Source: Candidatus Doudnabacteria bacterium (lineage in GTDB: Bacteria; Patescibacteriota; Doudnabacteria; UBA920; 2-01-FULL-46-14). Taken from it: DNA of 64,000 nucleotides. Both the position numbers and the translations under genes were made by a program. Shown piece after piece: positions 35,008 through 43,732 of the stretch. Where the stretch lies: positions 1,770 through 65,769 of the forward strand of contig JBGQGB010000004.1 of NCBI GenBank assembly GCA_041497195.1. Reading direction: 5' to 3'. Numbering within the stretch: the stretch's first letter is position 1; every line of letters starts with the position of its first letter. Below the pieces are notes generated by a model. The model was given only the letters and a program-made list of their open reading frames with translations. It made no database searches and was not told the origin of the DNA.

Positions 35008-35036
35008 ATCATAAGCATTGTTCAGAGGCCAGCCTT
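35008..35036 (+). promoter_or_regulatory. sigma70-like promoter (TTGTTC-17nt-TATAAT) driving the leader plus tRNA-Ser
   Basis: TTGTTC 35008-35013, 17-nt spacer, TATAAT 35031-35036. Confidence 0.4.
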
Positions 35037-35184
35037 TTGATATAATTGCCCGTAGTTAAGCTTTTTGGTGGGGTCGCATAGTGGACGAGTAGCACCGGTC
35101 TTGTCCGCCTTCATAAAAATTAATAATTGCGGCGGATCTGCAACAGCTTGAAAACTTGGAAAGCGGAGGCGGAAAAACCTAGAT

Positions 35185-35274
35185 GGTGGGGTGGCCGAGT
35201 GGTTTAAGGCAGCAGTCTTGAAAACTGCCATACCTGAAAGGGTATCGCGAGTTCGAATCTCGCCCCCACCGCCA
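35185..35274 (+). tRNA. tRNA-Ser (anticodon TGA), type II with long variable arm
   Basis: GGTGGGG-TG-GCC-GAGTGGTTTAA-GGC-A-GCAGT-CTTGAAA-ACTGC-[CATACCTGAAAGGGTATC]-GCGAG-TTCGAAT-CTCGC-CCCCACC-G-CCA. Confidence 0.85.
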
Positions 35275-35335
35275 GAAAGATTCAGCAGTAGCGCTACTCG
35301 ATTCTACTAAAAATTAAAAAGAAAGGGAATAGGAT

Positions 35336-35518
35336 ATGGCTAGAAAAGTTTCCGATTGCCGGGAGACCCCGAGTGAGAAAAATTGCTCATTGACGATTGC
35401 CGGAGAGGAAGGCGAGGTTTTGGATGCGGCTGTGATGCATGCCGTGGCTGCACACGGGCATCAAGACACGCCAGCGTTGCGGGCAGAACTGAAAGCCGGA
35501 CTCAAGGACGAAGCTTAA
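35336..35518 (+). CDS. DUF1059-family small protein
   Basis: MARKVSDCRETPSEKNCSLTIAGEEGEVLDAAVMHAVAAHGHQDTPALRAELKAGLKDEA matches the DUF1059 pattern (CRExPSExNCSL...AVxHGHxDTPELR) as recalled. An SD-like GGGAATAGG lies upstream. Confidence 0.65.
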   Translation: MARKVSDCRETPSEKNCSLTIAGEEGEVLDAAVMHAVAAHGHQDTPALRAELKAGLKDEA

Positions 35519-35539
35519 TCAATTTTTTTAGGCAAAATC

Positions 35540-35574
35540 AAAAACCCATCCGCACTCGCGGATGGGTTTTGTTT
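35540..35574. terminator. bidirectional rho-independent terminator
   Basis: AAAAACCCATCCGC-actc-GCGGATGGGTTTTGTTT between the convergent DUF1059 gene and the anti-sigma-like gene. Confidence 0.6.
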
Positions 35575-35583
35575 ATCAAAAGT

Positions 35584-36432
35584 TTAGAAACCCAGGGTCG
35601 GTTCGGGTAGAATTTTTGGCTCTTGCGGTGTTGCCGAACTTTGATCTTGGCTGGAATTGGTCACACCATTGAGCTGGATTTGCGATTCGATCACTCCATC
35701 TCGCCCCTTTGATTTCGGAGGTTTGCTGGCATCCTCTGGCGTAGAGGTCGCTGCCCCTTGAACGGTCTCACCCGTGCTGTCTTGAGTATTGCCGTCTTTT
35801 AGCTTACCTGCCGAAGCTTGCGATGAATTGATGACGTCCTGGACGACCGCCCCCACATTATCGGAAACTTGGGTTTTGACTGAATCCAGAACCTGAGTTT
35901 CTTCGTTGACCAAATTTTGAGCGTTGTCGCGCAATTCCGGTTGCGCGGCCGAAGCGGCGCTGAGGACCTGCTCAGTAGTTGACTTCAAATCCTGGAGCGT
36001 GTCAGTGACAATTTGCCCTTCTTTTTTGTCCGCCACGAGCTGTTTGACCTCGTCCAGTCGGCTTTTGGCATGCTTGATGCCGACCTTGATTTTGGCTTCA
36101 TCGCTGGTGGCCAGGATTTGCTCTACTGTTTCCGTGGCTCGCTTGACCGAATATAGGGTTTCTCCCGGCAGGCTGCCTTCCGAGGCTTTGCTGACCCCGA
36201 TGGCGAGGCTGACCGCCAGGGTTAAAATGATGGCAGTGACAGCGAGGCCGCCCAAGCGGAACATGCGGACAAAAACCGAGGCTTTTTCCGATGTGGCATG
36301 CGCGAGTCGTGTCTGCCGGATATGGTTTTGCACGCGCAGCCAAGCCCCCGCTTTGTCCGGCGCGGGTGGAGTCTGGCGGGTCAGTTTCGCCAGATAGGCC
36401 CTGATAAATTGTTCGAGTTCTTTATCTTCCAT
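35584..36432 (-). CDS. putative anti-sigma factor (single-pass membrane protein) co-transcribed with the ECF sigma factor
   Basis: Overlaps the sigma-factor gene by 11 nt. N-terminal cytoplasmic helix (MEDKELEQFIRAYLAKL), then TM (FRLGGLAVTAIILTLAVSLAIGV), then an extracytoplasmic domain. Confidence 0.5.
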   Translation of the reverse strand: MEDKELEQFIRAYLAKLTRQTPPAPDKAGAWLRVQNHIRQTRLAHATSEKASVFVRMFRLGGLAVTAIILTLAVSLAIGVSKASEGSLPGETLYSVKRATETVEQILATSDEAKIKVGIKHAKSRLDEVKQLVADKKEGQIVTDTLQDLKSTTEQVLSAASAAQPELRDNAQNLVNEETQVLDSVKTQVSDNVGAVVQDVINSSQASAGKLKDGNTQDSTGETVQGAATSTPEDASKPPKSKGRDGVIESQIQLNGVTNSSQDQSSATPQEPKILPEPTLGF

Positions 36433-36976
36433 GATTGAGAAGTTTTTTTAGTTCCGTGATGGCACGATGCTGAATGACTCTGATGGTGCCCTCGGGTTTA
36501 TCCAAAATGTTCGCTATTTCGTCATTGCTGAGGTCTTCCAGAAATTTGAGCTTGATTACTACCTGCTGGTCTGCAGAAAGTGTACGTAAAGCGTCGAGAA
36601 ATAATTTTTCATCAAATCCGAGGTTGGTTTTGTCGACGAGATTGTCCTCGTATTCCAGGATATTTTCCAAATCCTCGAGATCGACAGTGATTTTTCTGGC
36701 TCGATAGTGGTCAATCACCAAATTGCGTGCAATCTGGTAGACCCAGCCGTTGAAAGCGGCGGGACCGCGGATTTCCGAGATTTTGTCCCAAACGCGGATA
36801 AACGTCTCCGAAGCCAAATCCTCGGCTGATTCCTTGTGGTTTACCCGGAAAAAGATGAACCGGTAGACCTTTTCAAAGTACAGATCATAAATCTGGCCGA
36901 AAGCTGTTTCGTCCCCAGAGGACGCTTTTCTGACCAGTTCATCAAGAACTGGTTTTTGATTTGAAGCTTCTGCCAC
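36422..36976 (-). CDS. ECF-type RNA polymerase sigma-70 factor
   Basis: Region 2 (FGQIYDLYFEKVYRFIFFRVNHKESAEDLASETFIRVW) and region 4 HTH (LSADQQVVIKLKFLEDLSNDEIANILDKPEGTIRVIQHRA). Confidence 0.85.
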   Translation of the reverse strand: MAEASNQKPVLDELVRKASSGDETAFGQIYDLYFEKVYRFIFFRVNHKESAEDLASETFIRVWDKISEIRGPAAFNGWVYQIARNLVIDHYRARKITVDLEDLENILEYEDNLVDKTNLGFDEKLFLDALRTLSADQQVVIKLKFLEDLSNDEIANILDKPEGTIRVIQHRAITELKKLLNHGR

Positions 36977-37188
36977 AAAAATGGCTCAAAAATAAAGACG
37001 AAGGAAACGGAAAATTGTTTCATCATTATAACACAAAATCATTTAGTTTGCGTAAACAAAAAAATCACCTCGCGCAGTCTGCCGGTGATTCTGGGATAAG
37101 CACAAAATCCTGCTTGTTTTCGTTTTTCTATATTGAGAACTTATCAGTTCCCATTTTTTTGGCAGCAAATTCTTTTATCTCCGATCTA

Positions 37189-37641
37189 ATTTTTTGATTC
37201 GGCAAGCTCCTGAAAACGAGCGTAGGCAGCTTTTCTTTTGCTAGCGAGATCGCCGTATTCTTTAGCCAACCCGTCCAAGTCAGCATTTTTACTTTGAATT
37301 GCTCTTTTGTAGGTTCTAAGACCCTCTAGCTCTTTTCCAGAAAGATTCGCGACCGCAAGTGATTGGTCCATGAGTTGTGCGTCGTTTTTGATTAAAGAAG
37401 ATAGTCTAAAAGTAGCTTTTGTACTAAGTTCGACAAGGGCATCATCAGCTTTTTTCTCTAAGTCGTCAGTCTTACTAATGGAGAGATCCGAAATGGCTTT
37501 ATCAAATTTTTCGTAGGAACCAGAAAAATCCGCGAGTACCTTAACATTGTTATGATACATTTGATAAAAAAAGAAAAAAGCGCCCGCCATCACTGCTAGA
37601 GCAAGAACAAGCGCCGCTTTGTATTTTTTGATAATTTCCAT
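37189..37641 (-). CDS. hypothetical membrane-anchored coiled-coil protein
   Basis: ORF track 37186..37740 starts inside the tRNA-Ser. The internal Met at 37641 (MEIIKKYKAALVLALAVMAGAFFFFY) gives a TM anchor plus a ~120-aa helical domain. Confidence 0.35.
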
Positions 37642-37713
37642 AATAACTGGATGCTGTTTCCCCAGGGGAGAGGGCGGGATTTTCACCCAGCACCATTTTT
37701 TTAATCTGCCCAA

Positions 37714-37804
37714 GGCGGAGAGGATGGGATTCGAACCCATGAGGGACCTTTTAGAGTCCCGCAGTTTAGCAAACTGCTGCCTTAAACCACTCGGCCACCT
37801 CTCC
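37714..37804 (-). tRNA. tRNA-Ser (anticodon GCT), type II. 3' CC encoded, terminal A not encoded
   Basis: Reverse complement folds as GGAGAGG-TG-GCC-GAGTGGTTTAA-GGC-A-GCAGT-TTGCTAA-ACTGC-[long variable arm]-TGGG-TTCGAAT-CCCA-T-CCTCTCC-G-CC. Confidence 0.8.
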
Positions 37805-38038
37805 GCTCTGGGTAGATATTTTGTTAAAGAAATTTATAATGGTGCTGGGCAAGCCCACGAGGGACGTGCCGGTTTAGTCTACCTGCGGGAGATCCCCTGA
37901 AGGGGGACAAACTTTTGTTCTTTCAGCCCAAGGCGGACTCCTTTCCCCAAAAATCCATGCTCGTCCGGCCTTCAGCCATTCCTGCGCTCCTCATTTTCGG
38001 GGACCCCTTTAAATTTTGGGAACTACCTTATTTTATCA

Positions 38039-38755
38039 TCAATTCCTCGCTACAACCAGGCCCCAGACTTCGCCCACTTCCTGATGACGCAAGACCTTAG
38101 CGCATTCGTTGAGAGTGGCACCGGTCGTGGCTACATCGTCAATCAAAAGGATTTTTCGCTCGCCGAGGGATGGGCGGATTTCCGCGATAAACGCGTCTGC
38201 GATATTTTGTAGTCGCTCTTCGCGCGGCAGATCCACTTGGCTGGCAGTATTTTTGACTCGGTGCAAAATCGGCAGATAGTCGAGCCGCAGGTTTTCGGCA
38301 AAACGTTTAGCAATCGCCTCGGCCTGGTTGAAGCCGCGCGTGCGCAGTCTTTTTTCATGCAAGGGGACTGGCACCACCGCAGCCCCGCCAAAATACTCGA
38401 GCAAATCCCGGCTCGTCAGGTAGTCAGTCATCAGCGTGCCAAAACTGGCGGCAATGTCAAAGACCGAATTGTATTTGAGATGCCAAATCAATTTGCGAAT
38501 GCTCTCCGCGTGATAGTCAGCCGCCACCATCAGGCCGGTCAGGGCTACATCGCGGGAGCGGCACTCGGGATGAGTCAGGCCCAAGAGCGAATTTTTGCCG
38601 CAAACCAGGCAACGCTCCAGAGGGGCTTTCAGTTTGCCCTGGCAATTGAGGCAGAGATAGGTCCCTTCTAGGGAGCAGCCCTGACAGACTGCTGGAAAAA
38701 TCAGGTCCAGGGTCAGTTCCCAGAGAGGCGAGGCCAGTTTAGCTATTGATTTCAA
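38039..38755 (-). CDS. comFC: ComF-family protein (competence protein ComFC, phosphoribosyltransferase domain)
   Basis: N-terminal double zinc-finger (CQGC...CLNCQGK...CLVCG). C-terminal PRTase motif ILLIDDVATTGATL. Confidence 0.8.
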   Translation of the reverse strand: MKSIAKLASPLWELTLDLIFPAVCQGCSLEGTYLCLNCQGKLKAPLERCLVCGKNSLLGLTHPECRSRDVALTGLMVAADYHAESIRKLIWHLKYNSVFDIAASFGTLMTDYLTSRDLLEYFGGAAVVPVPLHEKRLRTRGFNQAEAIAKRFAENLRLDYLPILHRVKNTASQVDLPREERLQNIADAFIAEIRPSLGERKILLIDDVATTGATLNECAKVLRHQEVGEVWGLVVARN

Positions 38756-41279
38756 GGCGAGTTAGTTTTCCTTGTTTTTTGAGTTTGGCCGTGGCTGTGC
38801 TACCGGGTTTGAGTTTGTTTTCCAATATGAGTTCGGCGATGCGGTCCTCGAGCAAATCCTGGAGATTGCGCCGAACGAGGCGTGCCCCTTGGGCCGGGTC
38901 AAAACTTTTGTCTGTGAGAAAGTTTACTGCGGGGCTCGGAAGCTTCAATTTGATTTTTTGGTCGTCCTTGAGCCGGTCCTGCAATTTTTTCAGTTCGAGT
39001 TTGACCACTTTTTGAATGTCTGTTTTTTTGAGGGGCTCAAAGACTACGATTTTGTCGACCCGGTTCAAAAACTCCGGCCGGAAGTGTTCCCGGATCTTTT
39101 CCAGAACCTGCTGTTTGACGAGCTCCGGGTCCAGCTCGTCCGCATTAGCTTTTGCTTTGGTGCTAAAACCGAAGCTTTGCGCCCATTTGTTGAGTTGGCC
39201 CAAGCCGACGTTTGAAGTCATAATTATCAAGGTATTGCGAAAGTTCGTTCTTTTCCCCGAGGCGTCAGTGAGCTCGCCCTCCTCGAGGATTTGCAGCAGC
39301 ATGTTCAGCACGTCGGGATGGGCTTTTTCGATCTCGTCAAAAAGAATGACGGCATAAGGGCGGCGTTTAATAGCTTCCGTGAGCCGGCCGCCTTCTTCAT
39401 ACCCGACGTAGCCGGCGGGGGCCCCGATCAGCCGGGCGACATTATGTTTTTCCATAAACTCGGACATATCGATGCGGATGAGCGCGTTTTGGTCTTCGAA
39501 AAGCTCCTGAGCCAAAATTTTTGCTGTCAAAGTTTTGCCCACACCCGAAGGCCCCAGAAACATGAATGAGCCTAGAGGTCGCAGTGGGGCAGTGATGCCG
39601 GCGCGAGAGCGGCGGATGCTGGCCGCGATTTCCGCGATGGCATGGTCCTGACCGATGATTTGATTTTTGAGATTTTTTTCCAGAGCCAAGATTTTTTGCG
39701 ATTCTTTTTTGACGATGTTTTGGGTGGGAATGCCGGTGATGCGGGCCACGGTTTCGGCGATGTGGCTGGCGGAGATTTTGAGATCGTATTTTGTTTTTTC
39801 CGTTTTTTTCTGGAGGATTTTGTGCCGGTGTTTCAGCAGTTGTACTTCGCGCTGTTTGAGGACGCGCGCCGTGGTGAAATCGCCGGTGTTGACCGCTTGT
39901 TTTTTTTGGTCGGAAAGATCGGAGAGGTCGCGTTCGATGGTATTGATCGAAGTTTTTTGAGTCCGGTTGAAGACCACGGTTTTGTAAAACGCCGCGGTCT
40001 CGTCGATGAGGTCTATGGCTTTGTCCGGCAAAAATCTTTCGGTCAGATACCGGGTCGACAATTTGACTGCGGCCTCCAACGCATCGTCTGAAATTTCCAA
40101 GTCATGGTGGGTTTCATAGTAAGGCCGCAAACCCCGCAAAATCGCCAGGGTTTCTGCGGCGTCGGGTTCTTTGATGATGATAGGCTGAAACCGCCGCTCC
40201 AGAGCAGCATCCGGTTCGATATGTTTTTTGTATTCCGCCAGAGTGGTCGCTCCGATGGCGCGCAGTTCTCCGCGGGCCAGGCCCGGTTTGAGGATATTGG
40301 CGGCATCGAGACTCCCGGTGGTTGCCCCAGCACCCACAACTGTGTGCAACTCGTCGATAAAGAGGATGATATCATTGGCCGCTTTGACTTCATCGATGAT
40401 TTGTTTGAGTCGATTTTCAAATTCGCCCCGGAACATGCTGCCTGCCACTATAAGAGCGAGATCAAGAGCGAGAATGCGTTTACCCAACAGGGTATCGGGG
40501 ACTTTGCGGTCGCGAATGGCCAGGGCCAGACCCTCGACGATGGCAGTTTTGCCGACTCCTGGATCGCCGATGAGGACTGGATTGTTTTTGGTTCGCCGGT
40601 TAAGAATGGAGATGAGTCGGTCTACTTCTTTTTTCCGGCCGATGAGCGGATCGATTTTGCCGCGCCGGGCTTTTTCGGTGAGATCGTCGGTAAAATAGTC
40701 CAGGGCCGGGGACGTGGAAGTGGTCGTGGCCGGCGGCGCTTGGGTTTCTTCCTGGTTTTTTTGCTGTTCCCGGGCGTTTAGCATCTCGGGGAACTTCGCC
40801 ACGTTTTCAAAAATCGACAACAAATTTTTTTTGATTTCGCCCGGATTGACGCCAAGGTGGGTCAGGATTTTTTGAGCCTGATTGAGTTCCTCGTCAACGA
40901 TGCCAAAGAGGAAATGCTCGGTGCCGATGAATTGGTATTCGTGCCGGCTCGCCACGACCGCCGCTTTTTCCAAAGTTTTTCTCAAATTTTCGGACATGTG
41001 CGGTCGCCAGGTTTCTCCGGGTTTCCGCTCGCTCGGGTGGATGCGGATGAGCTCAAGGCGGACCGCTTCCTGCGAGATGCGGTTTCGCAAGAGCACTTCT
41101 GTGGCAAAAGAGCTCAGCTCGGCGACAATTCCGTACAGGAGATGTTCGGTGCCGATGTGGGGGTGGCCTAATTCCCGGGAGATGTTCTGGGCGGATTTTA
41201 GCGCACCTTTGGCGCGGGTCGAGAATTTTTCATTGAGGAAGCTTTGCATGTTATCATTATAACATATGGCTGAACTCAA
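38739..41279 (-). CDS. clpC: ClpC-like AAA+ chaperone ATPase (ClpA/B/C family; two Clp-N repeats, two NBDs, short M-domain)
   Basis: Clp_N repeats (GHPHIGTEHLLYGIV; QFIGTEHFLFGIV). NBD1 Walker A (LIGDPGVGKTAIVEGLA). NBD2 (FLGPSGVGKT). The ~95-aa middle region favours ClpC over ClpB. 846 aa. Confidence 0.8.
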   Translation of the reverse strand: MSSAICYNDNMQSFLNEKFSTRAKGALKSAQNISRELGHPHIGTEHLLYGIVAELSSFATEVLLRNRISQEAVRLELIRIHPSERKPGETWRPHMSENLRKTLEKAAVVASRHEYQFIGTEHFLFGIVDEELNQAQKILTHLGVNPGEIKKNLLSIFENVAKFPEMLNAREQQKNQEETQAPPATTTSTSPALDYFTDDLTEKARRGKIDPLIGRKKEVDRLISILNRRTKNNPVLIGDPGVGKTAIVEGLALAIRDRKVPDTLLGKRILALDLALIVAGSMFRGEFENRLKQIIDEVKAANDIILFIDELHTVVGAGATTGSLDAANILKPGLARGELRAIGATTLAEYKKHIEPDAALERRFQPIIIKEPDAAETLAILRGLRPYYETHHDLEISDDALEAAVKLSTRYLTERFLPDKAIDLIDETAAFYKTVVFNRTQKTSINTIERDLSDLSDQKKQAVNTGDFTTARVLKQREVQLLKHRHKILQKKTEKTKYDLKISASHIAETVARITGIPTQNIVKKESQKILALEKNLKNQIIGQDHAIAEIAASIRRSRAGITAPLRPLGSFMFLGPSGVGKTLTAKILAQELFEDQNALIRIDMSEFMEKHNVARLIGAPAGYVGYEEGGRLTEAIKRRPYAVILFDEIEKAHPDVLNMLLQILEEGELTDASGKRTNFRNTLIIMTSNVGLGQLNKWAQSFGFSTKAKANADELDPELVKQQVLEKIREHFRPEFLNRVDKIVVFEPLKKTDIQKVVKLELKKLQDRLKDDQKIKLKLPSPAVNFLTDKSFDPAQGARLVRRNLQDLLEDRIAELILENKLKPGSTATAKLKKQGKLTRLEINS

Positions 41280-41349
41280 TTCCCAAGTTTACCCAGTCAC
41301 CTAGTAATGTTGCCAGTAAATTTAAGATTGCAATCATAACTTTAACATC

Positions 41350-41817
41350 ATGAGCGAAGAAACGTCTTCATCAAGCAATATAGGTGACAGGGTTTATGAC
41401 AAAGCGGTGCAGCTCCTGAGTATGCGCATGCACACGACGGGAGAGCTTCACCAAAAATTGCAGAAGCGCGGTTTCAAGGACGAGGATATTCGGCCGGTCT
41501 TGCATCGCCTGGAAGAACTGAAGTTTCTCGATGATGAGAAATTTGCGCAGATTTTTGTGGACAATTTCAAGCGCTACAAAGATTTTGGATATTTTGGGAT
41601 CAAAACCAAACTGATGCAAAGGAGGGTGCCTTCGGACATCATCGAAAAAGCGCTGGCGGAATTTTTTTCTCCTGACGATGAGCGAGCAGTTGCTCTGCGC
41701 CTCATCAAAAAATTAAAAAAAACCGGGCGGACAAAGTACGACCAGCTGGCCAGAAGTCTGCAAAGCCGGGGATTTCGAAGTGCGGTAGTCGGTGCTCTTT
41801 TGTCGGATAGGACCTGA
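41350..41817 (+). CDS. recX: recombination regulator RecX
   Basis: Three-helix-repeat RecX pattern (LLSMRMHTTGELHQKLQKRGF...VLHRLEELKFLDDEKFAQIFV...). 155 aa. Confidence 0.7.
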   Translation: MSEETSSSSNIGDRVYDKAVQLLSMRMHTTGELHQKLQKRGFKDEDIRPVLHRLEELKFLDDEKFAQIFVDNFKRYKDFGYFGIKTKLMQRRVPSDIIEKALAEFFSPDDERAVALRLIKKLKKTGRTKYDQLARSLQSRGFRSAVVGALLSDRT

Positions 41818-41833
41818 AGCCGCCAGGTATTTT

Positions 41834-42751
41834 TTACCCGCCTTCCATTTCTTTTAGCCGTTTGATGCGTTCTTCAATCGGCGGGTGAGTGTTAAAAAGA
41901 CCGGCGAACCAGCTCCTTGCCCCGTGAGTTTGGGAGTCGAGGTGAAAAGGATTTTCGATATATAAATGGGCCGTGGCTTTGTTGGCCGCTTCCAAAGGTT
42001 CAGTATCAGCGGAAATTTTTTCGAGCGCCGAGGCCAGGCCTTCGGGATATCTAGTCAAAAGTGCGCCCGAGGAGTCAGCGAGGAATTCGCGTTTCCGCGA
42101 AATCGCCAGTTGAATGAGGGTGGCAATCAGAGGAGAGAGAAGGGCCAGAATAATTCCGACTATCATGAAAATGCCTTGTATCTGGTTGCCATCACGGGAC
42201 CGGGACCGGCCGCCGCCCCAAAATGAAAAACGTAAGAAAAAGTCTGCCAGCAGGGTAAGAACACCGGCCAGAACCACGACCAGGGTCATGAGCCTGCTGT
42301 CATAGTTGCCGATGTGTGACAGTTCGTGAGCAGCGACACCTTCAAGCTCGGTTTTGTTCAGTTTTTCCAAAATGCCTCTGGTGAAGACAATCACCGCGGT
42401 TTTGGGATTGCGTCCGGTGGCAAAAGCATTGAGCGCGGTATCGTCAATGACGTAAATCCGTGGTGTTGGCAATCCGGCCGCAATGCAGAGGTTTTCCATC
42501 AGTTTGTACAAGTCAGGATTGCTTTGCCGGTCCACCTCCTTCGCTCGGGAAATTGCTAAAGTGATGTTGGCACTGAAGTAATAGCTGATGAGTGAATAAA
42601 TGACACTGAAGCCCACAGCAAAATACAAAATCCCTGGAGAATTATATGCTTGCGAAAACACAAAACCCAAAAGAATGATGATGACCAAAAACGCGCCTAG
42701 GAGGAGCGCGGTTTTGCGTTTGTTGGAGGAAATTTGATCGTAGACAATCAC
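41834..42751 (-). CDS. htpX: M48 family zinc protease HtpX
   Basis: HELSHIGNYD (HExxH), four TM helices, C-terminal E...ATHPPIEERI typical of HtpX. Confidence 0.85.
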   Translation of the reverse strand: MIVYDQISSNKRKTALLLGAFLVIIILLGFVFSQAYNSPGILYFAVGFSVIYSLISYYFSANITLAISRAKEVDRQSNPDLYKLMENLCIAAGLPTPRIYVIDDTALNAFATGRNPKTAVIVFTRGILEKLNKTELEGVAAHELSHIGNYDSRLMTLVVVLAGVLTLLADFFLRFSFWGGGRSRSRDGNQIQGIFMIVGIILALLSPLIATLIQLAISRKREFLADSSGALLTRYPEGLASALEKISADTEPLEAANKATAHLYIENPFHLDSQTHGARSWFAGLFNTHPPIEERIKRLKEMEGG

Positions 42752-42815
42752 CCTGAAATAAGTTGTAGAGTTGTCAGTTGTAAGTAGCTCCCTACTTACG
42801 GCTTACAACTTACTA

Positions 42816-43364
42816 CTAAAATTTAACCTCGACTGGCTGGCCTTCTGGACCTTTTTCATCAATATCGAAAAAGGGCTTGGCCTGGAAATGCAAGATGGCG
42901 TTGACGAGATTGGTGGGAAAGACTTGGAGCTTGGTATTGAAATCCCTGACAGTGCCGTTGTAGAAGCGGCGGGCGGCTTGGATTTTATTTTCCGTATCTG
43001 TGAGGTCGCCCTGAAGCTGCAGGAAATTTTGATTAGCCTTGAGCTCCGGGTAATTCTCCGCCACAGCAAACAGGGATTTGAGGGTCGAGGACAGCATATT
43101 TTCCTTGGCTAGCTTGTCAGGCAGCCCTTGGGCGGACATTGCCTGAGTGCGGGCGGCCGTGACATCCTCAAACACGGTTTTTTCGTGCGACGCATAGCCC
43201 TTGACTGTATTGACCAAATTGGGTATCAAGTCATAGCGGCGTTTCAACTGCACCTCAATATCGCTCCATGCTTCGTCCACCTGGTTACGGGAACGGATCA
43301 GGGCATTGTAAGTGGCGATGAGCCAGATGACCACCAGCGCGATAAATATCCAAAAATAGATCAT
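42816..43364 (-). CDS. lemA: LemA family protein
   Basis: N-terminal TM followed by ATYNALIRSRNQVDEAWSDIEVQLKRRYDLIPNLV, the LemA signature. Confidence 0.85.
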   Translation of the reverse strand: MIYFWIFIALVVIWLIATYNALIRSRNQVDEAWSDIEVQLKRRYDLIPNLVNTVKGYASHEKTVFEDVTAARTQAMSAQGLPDKLAKENMLSSTLKSLFAVAENYPELKANQNFLQLQGDLTDTENKIQAARRFYNGTVRDFNTKLQVFPTNLVNAILHFQAKPFFDIDEKGPEGQPVEVKF

Positions 43365-43441
43365 ATTTTTCCTTAATAGTTTCGTTGTCTAATAAGCTCA
43401 GTGTATACTATTATTATTACATGTCAATTTAACCGACGACC

Positions 43442-43732
43442 ATGCCGATAACCAAAAAAGAAGTCGAACATATCGCCAAACTCGCCCGCATCGAACTCAC
43501 TCCCGAGGAGGTGGAAAAGTTCCAGGGTGATTTGAACAAAGTCCTCGGATACATCGAAATTTTGAAGACCGTGAATACGGAAGGGGTGGAGCCGTTGGCC
43601 CAGGTCACGGGCTTGGAAAATGCGTTTCGAGAGGACATAGCCGAGCAATCTCCTTATCCCGCGGATATTGTGAAAAATGCGCCTGAACATTCGGGCCGGT
43701 TTATCAAGGTCAAGAAAGTTTTCGATTCATGA
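43442..43732 (+). CDS. gatC: Asp-tRNA(Asn)/Glu-tRNA(Gln) amidotransferase subunit C
   Basis: ITKKEVEHIAKLARIELTPEEVEKFQGDLNKVLGYIEIL. The stop TGA overlaps the gatA ATG (ATGA). Confidence 0.85.
   Translation: MPITKKEVEHIAKLARIELTPEEVEKFQGDLNKVLGYIEILKTVNTEGVEPLAQVTGLENAFREDIAEQSPYPADIVKNAPEHSGRFIKVKKVFDS

Noticed and set aside
35067-35184. Intron-containing or second tRNA-Ser upstream of tRNA-Ser(TGA)
   Set aside because: The 5' 18 nt resemble tRNA-Ser, but no D-stem, anticodon stem or T-arm can be paired. Kept only as a leader/fragment observation.
37619-37900. 93-aa + strand ORF
   Set aside because: Overlaps tRNA-Ser(GCT) on the opposite strand.
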